Virus record (IMG/VR): IMGVR_UViG_3300014656_000046
Span: 1-42,385 of that record
DNA: 42,385 bases
Strand: one strand, 5' to 3'
Source: a virus
Taxonomy: Duplodnaviria > Caudoviricetes
The position numbers were made by a program, and so were the translations under genes. Shown here one piece after another: positions 1 through 10,169 of the stretch (the first letter of the stretch is position 1; each line of letters begins with the position of its first letter). The notes under the pieces were generated by a model, which was not told where the DNA came from, searched no databases, and worked only from the letters and a program-made list of their open reading frames with translations.

Positions 1-542
1 CCCGCCTGAATATCCCGAGTGATCTTAGGACCGATCTTCTGAGCCTCAGCGACTACTTTAGCTTCGGGTAACGCTTTCCCTGCCATGGATACTAGTTTCC
101 CGTAGGGCAGGAAGTAAGGTATCTGTTCTGCTGTGGCTCCGGCAAACTTGCTGACTGATTCCGGTGCGCCCAAGGCTTTTACGCCTTGTTCAACTGGTTC
201 TCCGAATGCACCCTTAGCTACAGCAGTAAGGGGAGAAAGCCCATACTGTAGGGCACCGCCAATGGCCGGAGCAATCTGCTTACCCCTCGGCCTACGGTAA
301 AACTCTTTCATCTTGGACAGACCGGATTCAACTTCTTCAGTATAAATCTGGCCCATGCGTTCAAACTGTGAAGTCCATCCCGGCTTAGGGGCTTCAGGTT
401 TAGCTTGCTCCCCGAGAAACTTGGTGTTGAACTCAGTCTGCGACATGGCAGGGTAAAACTTCTCTTTCAACCGGACAGCCAAGTCGGTATCGGGAATCTT
501 ATCGTACTGAGGGAATTTTTCCCTGAACTCTTGTATGTTCAT
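1..542 (-). CDS. Large ejection/internal virion protein, N-terminal part (runs off the window)
   Basis: Translated by hand: ATG at 542 overlaps the upstream stop (ATGA) and the frame stays open to the edge. MNIQEFREKFPQYDKIPDTDLAVRLKEKFYPAM resembles N-termini of large podophage internal proteins; last gene of the virion operon here. Confidence 0.65.
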   Translation of the reverse strand, partial: MNIQEFREKFPQYDKIPDTDLAVRLKEKFYPAMSQTEFNTKFLGEQAKPEAPKPGWTSQFERMGQIYTEEVESGLSKMKEFYRRPRGKQIAPAIGGALQYGLSPLTAVAKGAFGEPVEQGVKALGAPESVSKFAGATAEQIPYFLPYGKLVSMAGKALPEAKVVAEAQKIGPKITRDIQA

Positions 543-1588
543 TCGCTAAGCTTTAAGGGATCACCGGGGTTTCCGCCCATAAGACTAAGAATCCAGTTCT
601 CTAGCTGCTTGGGATACAGTTTGTGCAACTCCTTGGCTATCTGCTCTTCCGTAGGCTTAGTGATACCCTTTTCCTTCAACGACTTAATCGCACTAGCAAA
701 CTGTTTATCAAACGTAGACGGTGCCCGTGGCTCGCGGGTAACAGTCCCGGCCCTATACTTAGAATACACATCCAACTTCTGCTGATCCGTTGCCTTGTCA
801 AACCATGCCTTACCCTTGAGGTCTATGAGTACTTTCTTCATTTCGGACTGCTGTTCTGTGGCTGACTTCTGCAATTCCCTTTCTGTTTCCTTGAATGTTT
901 CAAGTGCTTGAGGCCCAGCAAGTCCAGCCTTAATTCCTGCTTCGTTTGGTGCCCGTGATTCTTTCTGCCTCAGTATCATCTGCTTGTTAAACTCAAACTC
1001 AGAGGAAATGACATCGGCCATCTGCTTTTGTAACATAACCTTCTGGGCCTGTAGGTTCTCAAGATCCTTGCCCTTGGGGGGTTCCTCGGGATTATTCATC
1101 TGCTGGCTGATATTCATCAACTGCTTCTCAATCCCCGCCTTGGTGAGTTCAAGGGACTTCTTGGCAAAGTCCATATTGGTACCCATCAGGTTGCCAATGA
1201 CCTTGATTCCACCAGCCTGAACAAACTTCTCCCCGGCCATTTCCTTAACTACATACCCTGATTCCTTGACGGCACTTTCCCAATGGGCAGACAACTCGGG
1301 AAAGTTAGCAAGCTGGGGGGCAACTGCACTGACAGGCACAAACGCCTCTGCTTCCTTCCTCTGACGTTCCATCTGTTTGGCCTGCTCCTCAAGCATAAGA
1401 TTCTGCTTGGCAAGATGTTCGACTTCCAGGCCCATTCTCTGCTTCTTGTATGGAAGCATTTCTTCCTCAATAGCCGCCTGACGCTGACTCCGAGAAATAG
1501 CCTGAAGGTTGCCCATAGTGTTTACTAGGTTAGGCATGAATTGTCCCACCGCTTGTGTTCTTCCGATTGCCTCTAACCAATTTGCCAT
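539..1588 (-). CDS. Putative ejection (internal virion) protein
   Basis: 349 aa, helical and Q/E/K-rich, downstream of the nozzle and GNAT genes in a tightly packed operon. Confidence 0.55.
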   Translation of the reverse strand: MANWLEAIGRTQAVGQFMPNLVNTMGNLQAISRSQRQAAIEEEMLPYKKQRMGLEVEHLAKQNLMLEEQAKQMERQRKEAEAFVPVSAVAPQLANFPELSAHWESAVKESGYVVKEMAGEKFVQAGGIKVIGNLMGTNMDFAKKSLELTKAGIEKQLMNISQQMNNPEEPPKGKDLENLQAQKVMLQKQMADVISSEFEFNKQMILRQKESRAPNEAGIKAGLAGPQALETFKETERELQKSATEQQSEMKKVLIDLKGKAWFDKATDQQKLDVYSKYRAGTVTREPRAPSTFDKQFASAIKSLKEKGITKPTEEQIAKELHKLYPKQLENWILSLMGGNPGDPLKLSE

Positions 1589-1589
1589 A

Positions 1590-1994
1590 TCAATTCTCCC
1601 TAAGTCTTAATAATTCCACCCAGAGGTTGCGGCCTGAATCCATCCTGGTGCCTATGATTACAAACCCCATGGCCATATCAAGTTTCAGTGTCTTTACATT
1701 AAGATTCTCCACGAGGGTAAGCATGGCAGGCCAAGTTTTATCCATTTCCCTTAATAGGTTGATATACCAGGTGATAATCTTAGTCTTGCCTCTTTCTTCC
1801 GGTATGACCCCCGCCCGTTGCAGGTACCAGGTATTAGGATCGAGGGGATAACCGGAAGCGAACCCGACAATTTTGTCCTGTTCATAGCCAACGTAAACAT
1901 CCGATGGGTAATTGATGGGATCATCTGGAAACACTTTCTTGTACAGAGAAGCATACCAGTTAATCTCGTTTACCTTGTACTGGAGGATGATCAT
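1590..1994 (-). CDS. GNAT-family acetyltransferase
   Basis: Start moved to MIILQYK (1994, ATGA overlap). VYVGYEQDKIVGF...WYLQRAGVIPEERGK matches GNAT motif A; LDMAMGF matches the C-terminal GF motif. Confidence 0.7.
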   Translation of the reverse strand: MIILQYKVNEINWYASLYKKVFPDDPINYPSDVYVGYEQDKIVGFASGYPLDPNTWYLQRAGVIPEERGKTKIITWYINLLREMDKTWPAMLTLVENLNVKTLKLDMAMGFVIIGTRMDSGRNLWVELLRLREN

Positions 1995-2722
1995 TTGCCC
2001 CCTACCCAACCACCAACCCCACCAAGAACACCGCCGATGATTCCACCTATTAATGTTCCTACTCCGGGTACGATTGAACCCACTCCAGCACCAACGGCAG
2101 CACCAGTAATAACCCCAGCAGATGCACTTTCCTCTTTTTCTCCGCCCCATGGGGTTAGTCTCTGATGTAACTTTGTCTTGCCAAGGGCCGGGCCGCCATA
2201 ATAACCAGCCGCAAAACCAGCAACAGCAGGTGCGGCATATCCCAATGCTCCAGTTGCACCTGCGGCTTGGTAAGTAATAGCTCCCGTAACGGGGCTTTTA
2301 ACTGCGACCGTACCAGCTCCAACTCCAGCACCACCCCACCATCCGGCCTGACTACCATATCCATAAATAGCTGCACCCTGAAGACCAGTTTGGGCAAGCT
2401 GAACCCCACCGCTGACCATGGCAGCCCTACGCTGGGCTTCGGCCTCACTCTCTGTCATTCGTAGCCGTCTCATGGCCATTTCGTTCTCAACGGCAGTTTG
2501 ACCCTTACCGAACGCAAACTGTTCTTGCTGAAGGGCAAGACTTTTCTCAAACTGTTCTTTCTGTTGAGATAATGCTTTTCTGCGAGTTCCAGATTCATAA
2601 ATAGCAGACAACCTTGCTCGCATTGCCGGTTCAAGAATGTCAGGTTGATACCTACCCGTGACAGCCTTATGCTGGGCAATCTGGCTACTGAAATCCATTG
2701 GATAGTAATAAGGATCAGCCAT
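1991..2722 (-). CDS. Putative pilot/ejection protein with glycine-zipper C-terminus
   Basis: Q/E-rich coil followed by GAAVGAGVGSIVPGVGTLIGGIIGGVLGG; lies directly after the nozzle gene. Confidence 0.6.
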   Translation of the reverse strand: MADPYYYPMDFSSQIAQHKAVTGRYQPDILEPAMRARLSAIYESGTRRKALSQQKEQFEKSLALQQEQFAFGKGQTAVENEMAMRRLRMTESEAEAQRRAAMVSGGVQLAQTGLQGAAIYGYGSQAGWWGGAGVGAGTVAVKSPVTGAITYQAAGATGALGYAAPAVAGFAAGYYGGPALGKTKLHQRLTPWGGEKEESASAGVITGAAVGAGVGSIVPGVGTLIGGIIGGVLGGVGGWVGGK

Positions 2723-5700
2723 TAGCGTACATCCTCCCGTATTGTCTGATAGAATATTCCCAGGCCAATAGGTTCATAGGGAACCCATGTTAGTGTTTCC
2801 CCCGAACCCGTGGCAGAAGTGACAACTCCCTGGAACGAATGGAATGTAGCACTACGCCAGTTGACGCTATTAGTTACCTGTTTAACCCTGTGCGTAATGC
2901 TGTAAAGTGACATACTCTCGGTTGACTCACCGGAAGTAGTGATGCAGTCCCCGAAATGGCTTATGGTGACACTCTTGTTTTGACTGGTTGCAACCGCAAG
3001 TTGTTTAACCTTCCTGACATTAGTTTCATGCATCCAGCCGGACAGGGGATAGTCCCCGGTTTTCCATGTGCGGGTAAAAACTTCATCGGGCTCAAAGGAC
3101 ATGCCATATTCAAGTCTTACTACCTTGCCAGCCGTTATTGAATACATCCCGTAGGTATACTTGTCACCGTTGGTATCAATAACGGGGAACCCAATTTGCA
3201 GATAGTACCCGGTTTCTCGATCTATCCTGAACCACTTCTTACGCATAAGATCGAACACAAGTTCATAGTTGTGGGAAGTACCCGAACCGCTGGTGAATAG
3301 CCAGTGGTACTCTCGCTTGCGTTCATCATAAAACGCACTGGATTTATGGATATAAGTAGCATTAATACATTCTGATTTATCCTTGTCGAAAAAGTTACTG
3401 ATGTCGGTAGATATGTCGATCAGACTGGCCCCGTCAAACAACATGATTCCCGTTGCACTCTGCCAAACGGCAACCTGCTTATTGATGCCGGGAGCAATCT
3501 CATAACCAAGGTTACAGATAACCAAAGTTTGAGGAGCTACGCATCCATGACCTTCGCCAATCCTGTATATCTTGAAATCATCGGGAATAGAACCATCCAC
3601 GAGATAGATTTCATTGCGCTTGAGGATTAAAAGATTCTCGTATAAGTCGCTGCCGTAACGGGAAAATATGGCCCCACCGGCCATAAGTTCGGTTTCATCC
3701 CCAAAGTATAATTCTGTGGAGTTATCCCCATTGAAAACACAGTTGGTAGATTCGGAACTCAAAAGAAGCATATTCTTGCGGTAAGAAGATTCACACCCTA
3801 ATCCAAGTCTGTTCTTCCACATTACGGGAAACTTGTATCCCCTGATAGTCTTGGCTGCCGGGATACCATAGATACGATCTATATGAACAGCAGCCGACAG
3901 GGTAGCAGACCACATTACCTTGTAGTAATATAACGGCTGATCATCCCCGGCCTGTGTTTGAAATTCTTCTATTTCCGTTGGGTCTTTCCACGTGCAAACT
4001 CCATCTTTATTGAAAGTAGCTCCAGTTGTAGTCGTAGCATCACTTAGATTACTAACCGAAGTCCAGCTTTCTCCGTCCCAATAATAGATAGTCATGGTTG
4101 ATGCGTTAGAATTTACATTCGTTCCACCCATGGTGAACTTCAGGCCAGTCATTCTTTCTGTAAATCCGACCAATAGATAAACCGCTGCCGCAGCGGCATT
4201 AAGGTTAGCATAGGTTGTACTATCATCCGGGTCATACGGATCACTCGTAAGTACGTTGGAAGAAATATCCTGGTAACCAGAAGAATACTTCTTAGCTACG
4301 GCAATCTGTCTTGGGGAACCATCCCAAATATCCTTAATACTTTGGAATGGAGCATCAACCGTTATGTAATAAACCGTCGTGGTAGCATCTGTTTCCGCAA
4401 ACTCAAAGAGATACCAGTATAACAACTGACCATTGAAATATTTTAGCTTCGCTGTTGATACCGTGGAATCAAACGTAATCGAGCCTGTTTGGGCCAATGT
4501 TTTGCTGCTTGCGCTAGTACCATCAACTTGGCTTGAAACGGTCGTAAAGCTACTTCCATCCCAATATTTAGCCGTTACGGTTGCGGCTGTAGCATTAGCA
4601 GTCCCAATATAAAATTTGGCTCCCTTAATCGGTCGGAGACATCCAAGGTAAGCATAACAAGAATAGGTAGTTGATCCATAGGGCGTAGTATCCGGGGTGA
4701 AATTGGATGTCCATCTGGCAGAACTACTTATTCTAAATTCATCTATATATCCCTCAAAGTAACAATCCGGGGTGCTGGTTGATCCAATATACACTGACCC
4801 GGAATAATTCTGAGCCCTGTCAGTATCCGATACGCTATGCACCAAAGAACCATTTATAAATAGGTAATAACTATTGCCGGATTCAACAACAGCTACATGA
4901 TACCAAGAACTGTTAAACATAGTTGTGCTTTGTAACTGAACAACGGTCGACGTATTAACAATGTCTACTTTTAAGGTACCGTTATATAGGGGGGCACTAC
5001 CACCACTGATATATATTTTAAAATAATGCGTTGAGTCTGTACCTTGATAGTATATTGTTCGATTTGCCTGGGGTGTCATATACATCCAGAAATCTATCGT
5101 CCATGTTCCGCCACTGAAATCAAAGTCATCGTTGTCTGGTATCGTTAAATAAGCACTGGTTCCATTAAAGAGAGCGGAATAAGAACCTACCTTATATATT
5201 GAACTGCTAAAGGTTACATTGTTATTCGTTACTGTATGAGCAGTAGTAGGGCTGGAATCAGTTACATTGTTTTCAAGATGCAGAAGCAACATAGTATTGG
5301 CATCAGCAGTTCCCGTAGATGTCCTTACCATCGTTGCTACATTGCTAGAATCACTAAGAGTATTATTGATTACCTTGCTATAGTCTACCTTAACTGTTCC
5401 AACTAAATCACCAATAACAAATGATCCAAGTCGCCCTTCACTTCCCGTCCAAACTGAAGTATCCTTCTCGTTGCAGTACGCTACTGCTCCATCTGGAGCG
5501 GAACAGAATGCACCTGGACTTGCACTTGCCGTATCGTTATGCACCGCCGTAGCAGTAAAATCACCCTGACTTGGGATAGCCGTAGTGTTATCGTACACGT
5601 AACTTTGGGTCAGCCCGGCATTGAACTGTTGAACGAGGACATGAGACTCGCTGGGCTGATCCTTGCGGAAGTGGAACCCGGCAGTGGGACGGACATAGGT

Positions 5701-5886
5701 ATCGCTTATGGCTGAAGAATTGATAACCCCCATGCCCCTTACGGACTTGATGCCTGTGTCGGTGTACCGCATGTTGGTAAGGGTCTGGAAGTCGCCCTCA
5801 CTCATCTTGGTCCCGTCCTCTGCGGGTCGCCAGCGTCCAGTAAATGGAATTGCTTTGTATTCCAGTTTAGTGTCTTTGTCTGCCAT
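2722..5886 (-). CDS. Tail nozzle / tubular protein B-like with inserted LamG (ConA-like) domain
   Basis: Start moved to MADKDTKLE (5886). N-terminal FQTLTNMRYTDTGIKSVRG and C-terminal GCVAPQT...ELVFDL are nozzle-like. LLLHLE...WTIDFWMY...WYHVAVV...FEGYIDEFRIS is a LamG signature. Confidence 0.7.
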   Translation of the reverse strand: MADKDTKLEYKAIPFTGRWRPAEDGTKMSEGDFQTLTNMRYTDTGIKSVRGMGVINSSAISDTYVRPTAGFHFRKDQPSESHVLVQQFNAGLTQSYVYDNTTAIPSQGDFTATAVHNDTASASPGAFCSAPDGAVAYCNEKDTSVWTGSEGRLGSFVIGDLVGTVKVDYSKVINNTLSDSSNVATMVRTSTGTADANTMLLLHLENNVTDSSPTTAHTVTNNNVTFSSSIYKVGSYSALFNGTSAYLTIPDNDDFDFSGGTWTIDFWMYMTPQANRTIYYQGTDSTHYFKIYISGGSAPLYNGTLKVDIVNTSTVVQLQSTTMFNSSWYHVAVVESGNSYYLFINGSLVHSVSDTDRAQNYSGSVYIGSTSTPDCYFEGYIDEFRISSSARWTSNFTPDTTPYGSTTYSCYAYLGCLRPIKGAKFYIGTANATAATVTAKYWDGSSFTTVSSQVDGTSASSKTLAQTGSITFDSTVSTAKLKYFNGQLLYWYLFEFAETDATTTVYYITVDAPFQSIKDIWDGSPRQIAVAKKYSSGYQDISSNVLTSDPYDPDDSTTYANLNAAAAAVYLLVGFTERMTGLKFTMGGTNVNSNASTMTIYYWDGESWTSVSNLSDATTTTGATFNKDGVCTWKDPTEIEEFQTQAGDDQPLYYYKVMWSATLSAAVHIDRIYGIPAAKTIRGYKFPVMWKNRLGLGCESSYRKNMLLLSSESTNCVFNGDNSTELYFGDETELMAGGAIFSRYGSDLYENLLILKRNEIYLVDGSIPDDFKIYRIGEGHGCVAPQTLVICNLGYEIAPGINKQVAVWQSATGIMLFDGASLIDISTDISNFFDKDKSECINATYIHKSSAFYDERKREYHWLFTSGSGTSHNYELVFDLMRKKWFRIDRETGYYLQIGFPVIDTNGDKYTYGMYSITAGKVVRLEYGMSFEPDEVFTRTWKTGDYPLSGWMHETNVRKVKQLAVATSQNKSVTISHFGDCITTSGESTESMSLYSITHRVKQVTNSVNWRSATFHSFQGVVTSATGSGETLTWVPYEPIGLGIFYQTIREDVR

Positions 5887-6788
5887 TATCTTATTGCCAA
5901 ATAAAAGACGTTTGCTGTACCAGCCGGTGATCCAGTCTTCGCCCACGTAATAGAAAACCCATCTGCACTCCATGAAGATATGGTCCCGTTTGACTTGACA
6001 CCTGCACTGACATAAAAACACAAAGATGTAGAGGCAGTATAATAAGCACCGGCAGTACCTTCTCTGTTGTCGGCAATAGAATAGGCTGCCGCTGAAGAAT
6101 CAAATCCCAAAGAAAGCATGCCTGATCCAGCTACGGCACCCATAAATATAACAACTGATGGTTGAAAACCAACACCCGTTTCGGCAACGGCTCCATCCGC
6201 CGCAGAAAGATCTCTTGTTATAGAACCAACCTTAAACCTTGTTGAAACGGATACGAGTGCTTTAGCGGCACTGGTCCAAACGGGTACCGATGCTGTAAGA
6301 CCAGAAAAGGTAGCTCCTGCAAATGTAGGAGAAGAAGCAATCTTAACTGCCTGATCTAGGTAATCAGCAGAAACAAGAACTTTACTTCCATTGGTCATGA
6401 CGGCCTGAGATGCAGTTAAATCATCAAGCGCACAACCATCCGCTGTAATATCATTGATAATGGTTAAGCTGGAAAACGTAGGCGAGTCCGTAGTCTCAAG
6501 CCCAAAGCCGGGGATATGAATGTAGTCATAGGTTACACTTGAATACCCAGACTTGGAGATAACAACCTTGAACTCCTGGTCCTGGGTGTAGTCCCCACTG
6601 TCAACCCAGAACTCGAAGGCACCGTAGGCATCTGAAGTTGTGGCCCCGCCTGACAGGGCTGCTCCCGCCTCGGAAGCGTAACAGGTAGCCGCGGTGGTAG
6701 TACCTGCGGTGTACACATTCACCGTGGCACTGTAGATTACTCGCCCGTTCTGATCCTTAGCCGTTCCGTGGTATGCTTTGCGTCCCAT
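5886..6788 (-). CDS. Tail fibre/spike
   Basis: N-terminus (GTAKDQNGRVIYSATVNVYTAGTTT...GAFEFWVDSG) resembles tailspike anchoring domains, followed by SPTF repeats and a beta-rich tip (VGFQP...ADGFSITW). Confidence 0.65.
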   Translation of the reverse strand: MGRKAYHGTAKDQNGRVIYSATVNVYTAGTTTAATCYASEAGAALSGGATTSDAYGAFEFWVDSGDYTQDQEFKVVISKSGYSSVTYDYIHIPGFGLETTDSPTFSSLTIINDITADGCALDDLTASQAVMTNGSKVLVSADYLDQAVKIASSPTFAGATFSGLTASVPVWTSAAKALVSVSTRFKVGSITRDLSAADGAVAETGVGFQPSVVIFMGAVAGSGMLSLGFDSSAAAYSIADNREGTAGAYYTASTSLCFYVSAGVKSNGTISSWSADGFSITWAKTGSPAGTANVFYLAIR

Positions 6789-7474
6789 TATTCAACCTCA
6801 AGTATTCTAGTTACTCTGTCAAAAGGAACACGAAGAACTTGTCTCATTTTAGGATCTGGCAATAAACTTCTGTCTGACGGAAATACCCATAGTTCCTTGT
6901 CCATCGGGAAAACATCGTTGATCTTGCCTTGAACGATTGTTCCTTTATCAGATTCAAATTCGACCCAACCTTTGCCGGATTGAAGCTTGCCGATCTCTTC
7001 TACTGTTGGTTTAGGCATCTGCTGAGCTTCGGGGCCGATTAACCCTCTTTCCCGTGCCTTCATAACCAACATTTCGTGCTCATCCCTCAGCATTCTTTCT
7101 TCCTGCAAAGTAATGTTTCCGCCCAAGGACTCTTTCTTCAGGGCAATATATTCCTCGGGAGCAAGCTCATATAAATTTCTGTGGGATAAACCGCGAACCG
7201 CCCTAATTCGTCCTACCGCCATGGGTCCGGGCATTATCGCTCCGCCTTCTTCCATGCCCTGCGTTATATACTGTGCTCCCTGTCTCAATGTCTGCGGAGC
7301 CTGAGTAGGTTCGGATAAGTACCGTACCGCCCTGGCAGGAAGGCTCCCGCCATACTGTTCAACCGTCCTTGCCAGGGATTCCGGGTTGACCCCGAAGCGG
7401 CTTACTGCCCGGCTGAATATGGACGGTTCAGTCGGTATGGCTTCTTTGTATTCCCAATCGCGCGGGTATGGCAT
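6788..7474 (-). CDS. Hypothetical protein in the tail module
   Basis: 228-aa ORF coupled to both neighbours by TAATG overlaps. Confidence 0.55.
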   Translation of the reverse strand: MPYPRDWEYKEAIPTEPSIFSRAVSRFGVNPESLARTVEQYGGSLPARAVRYLSEPTQAPQTLRQGAQYITQGMEEGGAIMPGPMAVGRIRAVRGLSHRNLYELAPEEYIALKKESLGGNITLQEERMLRDEHEMLVMKARERGLIGPEAQQMPKPTVEEIGKLQSGKGWVEFESDKGTIVQGKINDVFPMDKELWVFPSDRSLLPDPKMRQVLRVPFDRVTRILEVE

Positions 7475-8412
7475 TAACGATAACTCCCGCTTCCGCCTGC
7501 TCGTTTCTTGAGGTTCACCCTGAACCCCTTGGTGTTCCTTGCCGTGTTCAATTCCCTGCCGTACTGCTTGACTTCTGCATCCCAGAACTGGTACCAGGAG
7601 TTCCCGAAGCTGGGTTGCCGGTCCCGGTACTTGTAGACCCAGGCTGCATAGTAAACCAGAGCCTTCTTGAGACTGTAGGGTATGCTGTATGAATAGTAGG
7701 CTGAATATACCGGAGCGGGCCGCTGTACGTAGGGGACGGTTATTGTCTCTGACGCTGTGGATGGGGGAGGGTCCAGGGTCAGATACATCCGCCTCTGGCG
7801 ATGGATGTAGTAAGTGTCGCTGTCGGACCAGTCGTTGGCAGTTCCGCCAAACAGGGCCGTAACCAGGGCTGTGGCTGATGTGACAGCGACCACTACTCCA
7901 TGGCTTCCGTCAGTGACGTTATTTACCGTGTCGCCAACGGACACCACGTTAGTCGTGGTGAACAGAGCGGTGAAATCCGTCAACGTACAGACGCCACCGG
8001 TGGCTGCACCGGCGGAGGTAGTAGTTCCGGTGAGGAGGGAGTAAGCCGTGGCGTCCCGCACAACGAACCCGCTCGGTATATCCGCTGAATCTTCATTGTT
8101 CTGAAGGATGATGCTGTCATAGCTGACAGGGTAGATGAAGGTATCGTTGGAACTGCCGTCCGTGTACTTCACGAACTGACGGCTCTGATCGTCCACAAGG
8201 TACATCTTCAGGAAGTCGGCATTCAAGAGATAGTCACGTTGATCTGCAACCGTAGTGATGGACTGAGTGCTCGTGATGCAGTTGGTGCGGGCTACCGTCT
8301 TGGTAGCAGCTTCATACAGAGCATCATAGGTCACCTTGGACTCCATGAAGCTGGAGCTGGATGACTCATTCAACAGTTCTGCGACTTCCCAAGCTAGAGT
8401 TGTACCGTCCAT
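7474..8412 (-). CDS. Head-tail adaptor / tubular protein A-like
   Basis: YDALYEA...SITTVADQRDYLLNADF...ALVYYAAW pattern and position upstream of fibre and nozzle. Confidence 0.6.
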   Translation of the reverse strand: MDGTTLAWEVAELLNESSSSSFMESKVTYDALYEAATKTVARTNCITSTQSITTVADQRDYLLNADFLKMYLVDDQSRQFVKYTDGSSNDTFIYPVSYDSIILQNNEDSADIPSGFVVRDATAYSLLTGTTTSAGAATGGVCTLTDFTALFTTTNVVSVGDTVNNVTDGSHGVVVAVTSATALVTALFGGTANDWSDSDTYYIHRQRRMYLTLDPPPSTASETITVPYVQRPAPVYSAYYSYSIPYSLKKALVYYAAWVYKYRDRQPSFGNSWYQFWDAEVKQYGRELNTARNTKGFRVNLKKRAGGSGSYR

Positions 8413-8414
8413 AA

Positions 8415-9074
8415 TTAACCCTCAACAGGTGGAGTTTCAACCTTTGGTCTAACGGGCCGCCCTCGGCGTTTCGCCGTACCAATCTCTTTTGCCTGCCGCT
8501 TCAGGGCAGACTTGATCTCGCCGGAACGAGAATCGCGCTCTCTACGGAGAGCTTCCGTGTTGGTGGATTCGCCAAGGGCTTTCCGTGCAACCTTCCACAT
8601 GCGTTCCTTATCGGTTCTGCTGATCTTGCCGTCTACGATCTTGATATTCAACTCCTTGGCAAGAGCCGCCTCGTCTTCACTTTTGATTTCCATCTTCTTC
8701 TTGGACATGCGCTCAGCCTCACCGTGAATGTCGGCCAAGCCAAGCATCATGTCAGTACGGGTATACTGAGCATCCGAAATCTGGCCCCCAAGATCCTTGG
8801 ATAGCCTGTGAATCCTATCCTTGGCTTCACCCTCAAGCTTAGGGACAGTCTCCCGGATCTTATCAAGCCGTTCCTTCTCGCGCTTCAAGGCTTCCCGGAA
8901 TTCGCCCTTCTTTTCCGGGGATACGGCTTCCATATCCAGGGCACGCTCACGGGCACGAACCTGATCTTCCAGGTCCTCCAGGTGTCTCCGGCCTTCGTAG
9001 TACCAGCCGGGATAATCACTTCTCGGTTTCCCCCGTTCGTTCTTCTCGAAATCCCCGAATACTTTAATCGGCAT
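8415..9074 (-). CDS. Hypothetical charged helical protein
   Basis: 219-aa ORF with GGAGG RBS; KRRGRP motif near the C-terminus. Confidence 0.6.
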   Translation of the reverse strand: MPIKVFGDFEKNERGKPRSDYPGWYYEGRRHLEDLEDQVRARERALDMEAVSPEKKGEFREALKREKERLDKIRETVPKLEGEAKDRIHRLSKDLGGQISDAQYTRTDMMLGLADIHGEAERMSKKKMEIKSEDEAALAKELNIKIVDGKISRTDKERMWKVARKALGESTNTEALRRERDSRSGEIKSALKRQAKEIGTAKRRGRPVRPKVETPPVEG

Positions 9075-9123
9075 TGCTTACCTCCAAGGGTTTGATTGGG
9101 GGGCACTAGGCCCCCCGCTTGTA

Positions 9124-10038
9124 TTACTCGTCAGTTGTGTCGAATCCAACCGTACATCCAAGACCCTGGTTACCGTCACCAGTAACGGCAAGGTTTGCCA
9201 CTGTTACATCGCTTGTGCCATAACCATGTGCAGCTACAGCAGCACCGTCTTCGCCTACGACAGCAGCGAAAAGGGTAACTCTGTTGTCGTGGACAGATAG
9301 TTCCGAAGTACCGTCCGCACCGACAATCCACACGAAACATCCTGCACTTGCTCCCGTATCATCGTCGCCCACGGCACAGTTATAGGCCACTTCCAGGTTG
9401 TCCGCATCATGATGGACAATGGCATCACTGTTTGCGTCAATGAAGAAGGAAGAGTACAGAACCTTGCAGTCATTGGAATCCTCAAATATGATGCTGGCTC
9501 CATCTGTGACATCAACCGGGGTAATGAAATGGCAACCGAGAACTAGCGTATTATCTGCCCCGCTGGTTTCAATCTGATACTCACCGGAGTTGAACACACA
9601 GCTTTTGATAATGCAGCCGTCACCCGTGATCTTGATCAGGGAAATGTCGCTCCCGCCATCATAGGGTTCAAACCGCATGTTCTTGACCGTACATTCGTTT
9701 CCGCTGATAACCAAGGTATCCGTGGCATCCGTGGCCCCGGTTACAATCACATCGGTGTTGGACTGGCCGATAAGCTGAACATCGTCCTTGGTCATCGTCA
9801 GGGTTTCAGCATACGCACCGTTGCGGACAAACACCCTGTCGCCCTTTGCAGTCGTGCAAAGATTCAATCCGGCCTGAATGGTAACCTTGGCGGTTTCAGG
9901 GGTCTTGCCGTCATTGGAATCGCTACCACTGGTAGCATCTACAAAGAAAGTGTCGCCCCACACTTGGCCGTCTTCGTTGCCCCAGAGTAGGGGAATTCCG
10001 AAGCTCTTGACCCCGTGTGCGAAATTAGTCATACCCAT
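9124..10038 (-). CDS. Capsid-associated beta-helix (pectin-lyase-like) fibre/decoration protein
   Basis: FFVDATSGSDSNDGKTPETAKVTIQAG...GDRVFVRNGAYAE is a typical beta-helix start; gene directly follows the capsid gene. Confidence 0.65.
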   Translation of the reverse strand: MGMTNFAHGVKSFGIPLLWGNEDGQVWGDTFFVDATSGSDSNDGKTPETAKVTIQAGLNLCTTAKGDRVFVRNGAYAETLTMTKDDVQLIGQSNTDVIVTGATDATDTLVISGNECTVKNMRFEPYDGGSDISLIKITGDGCIIKSCVFNSGEYQIETSGADNTLVLGCHFITPVDVTDGASIIFEDSNDCKVLYSSFFIDANSDAIVHHDADNLEVAYNCAVGDDDTGASAGCFVWIVGADGTSELSVHDNRVTLFAAVVGEDGAAVAAHGYGTSDVTVANLAVTGDGNQGLGCTVGFDTTDE

Positions 10039-10087
10039 TAGAATCTCCTATTTTCCTTTTTCCAGGATGTCCGCTCTGTCTCATGCA

Positions 10088-10168
10088 CACACCGGGGGAA
10101 TTGAACCCTCCGTTTACCCATGGCTGGCGGGGGCTAGCTCATCACCGCACCCCCGCCCTTGGTTAGTG
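10088..10168 (-). ncRNA. Structured element with tRNA T-loop after the capsid gene
   Basis: Minus strand: GGCGGGGG/CCCCCGCC stem, then GGG-TTCAATT-CCC T-arm-like hairpin, closed by ACAC/GTGT. Confidence 0.4.
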
Positions 10169-10169
10169 T

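Noticed and set aside
9098-9116. GGGGGGC/GCCCCCC hairpin as an intrinsic terminator
   Set aside because: No U-tract on the coding (minus) strand; it may be a pause or stability hairpin but cannot be called a terminator.
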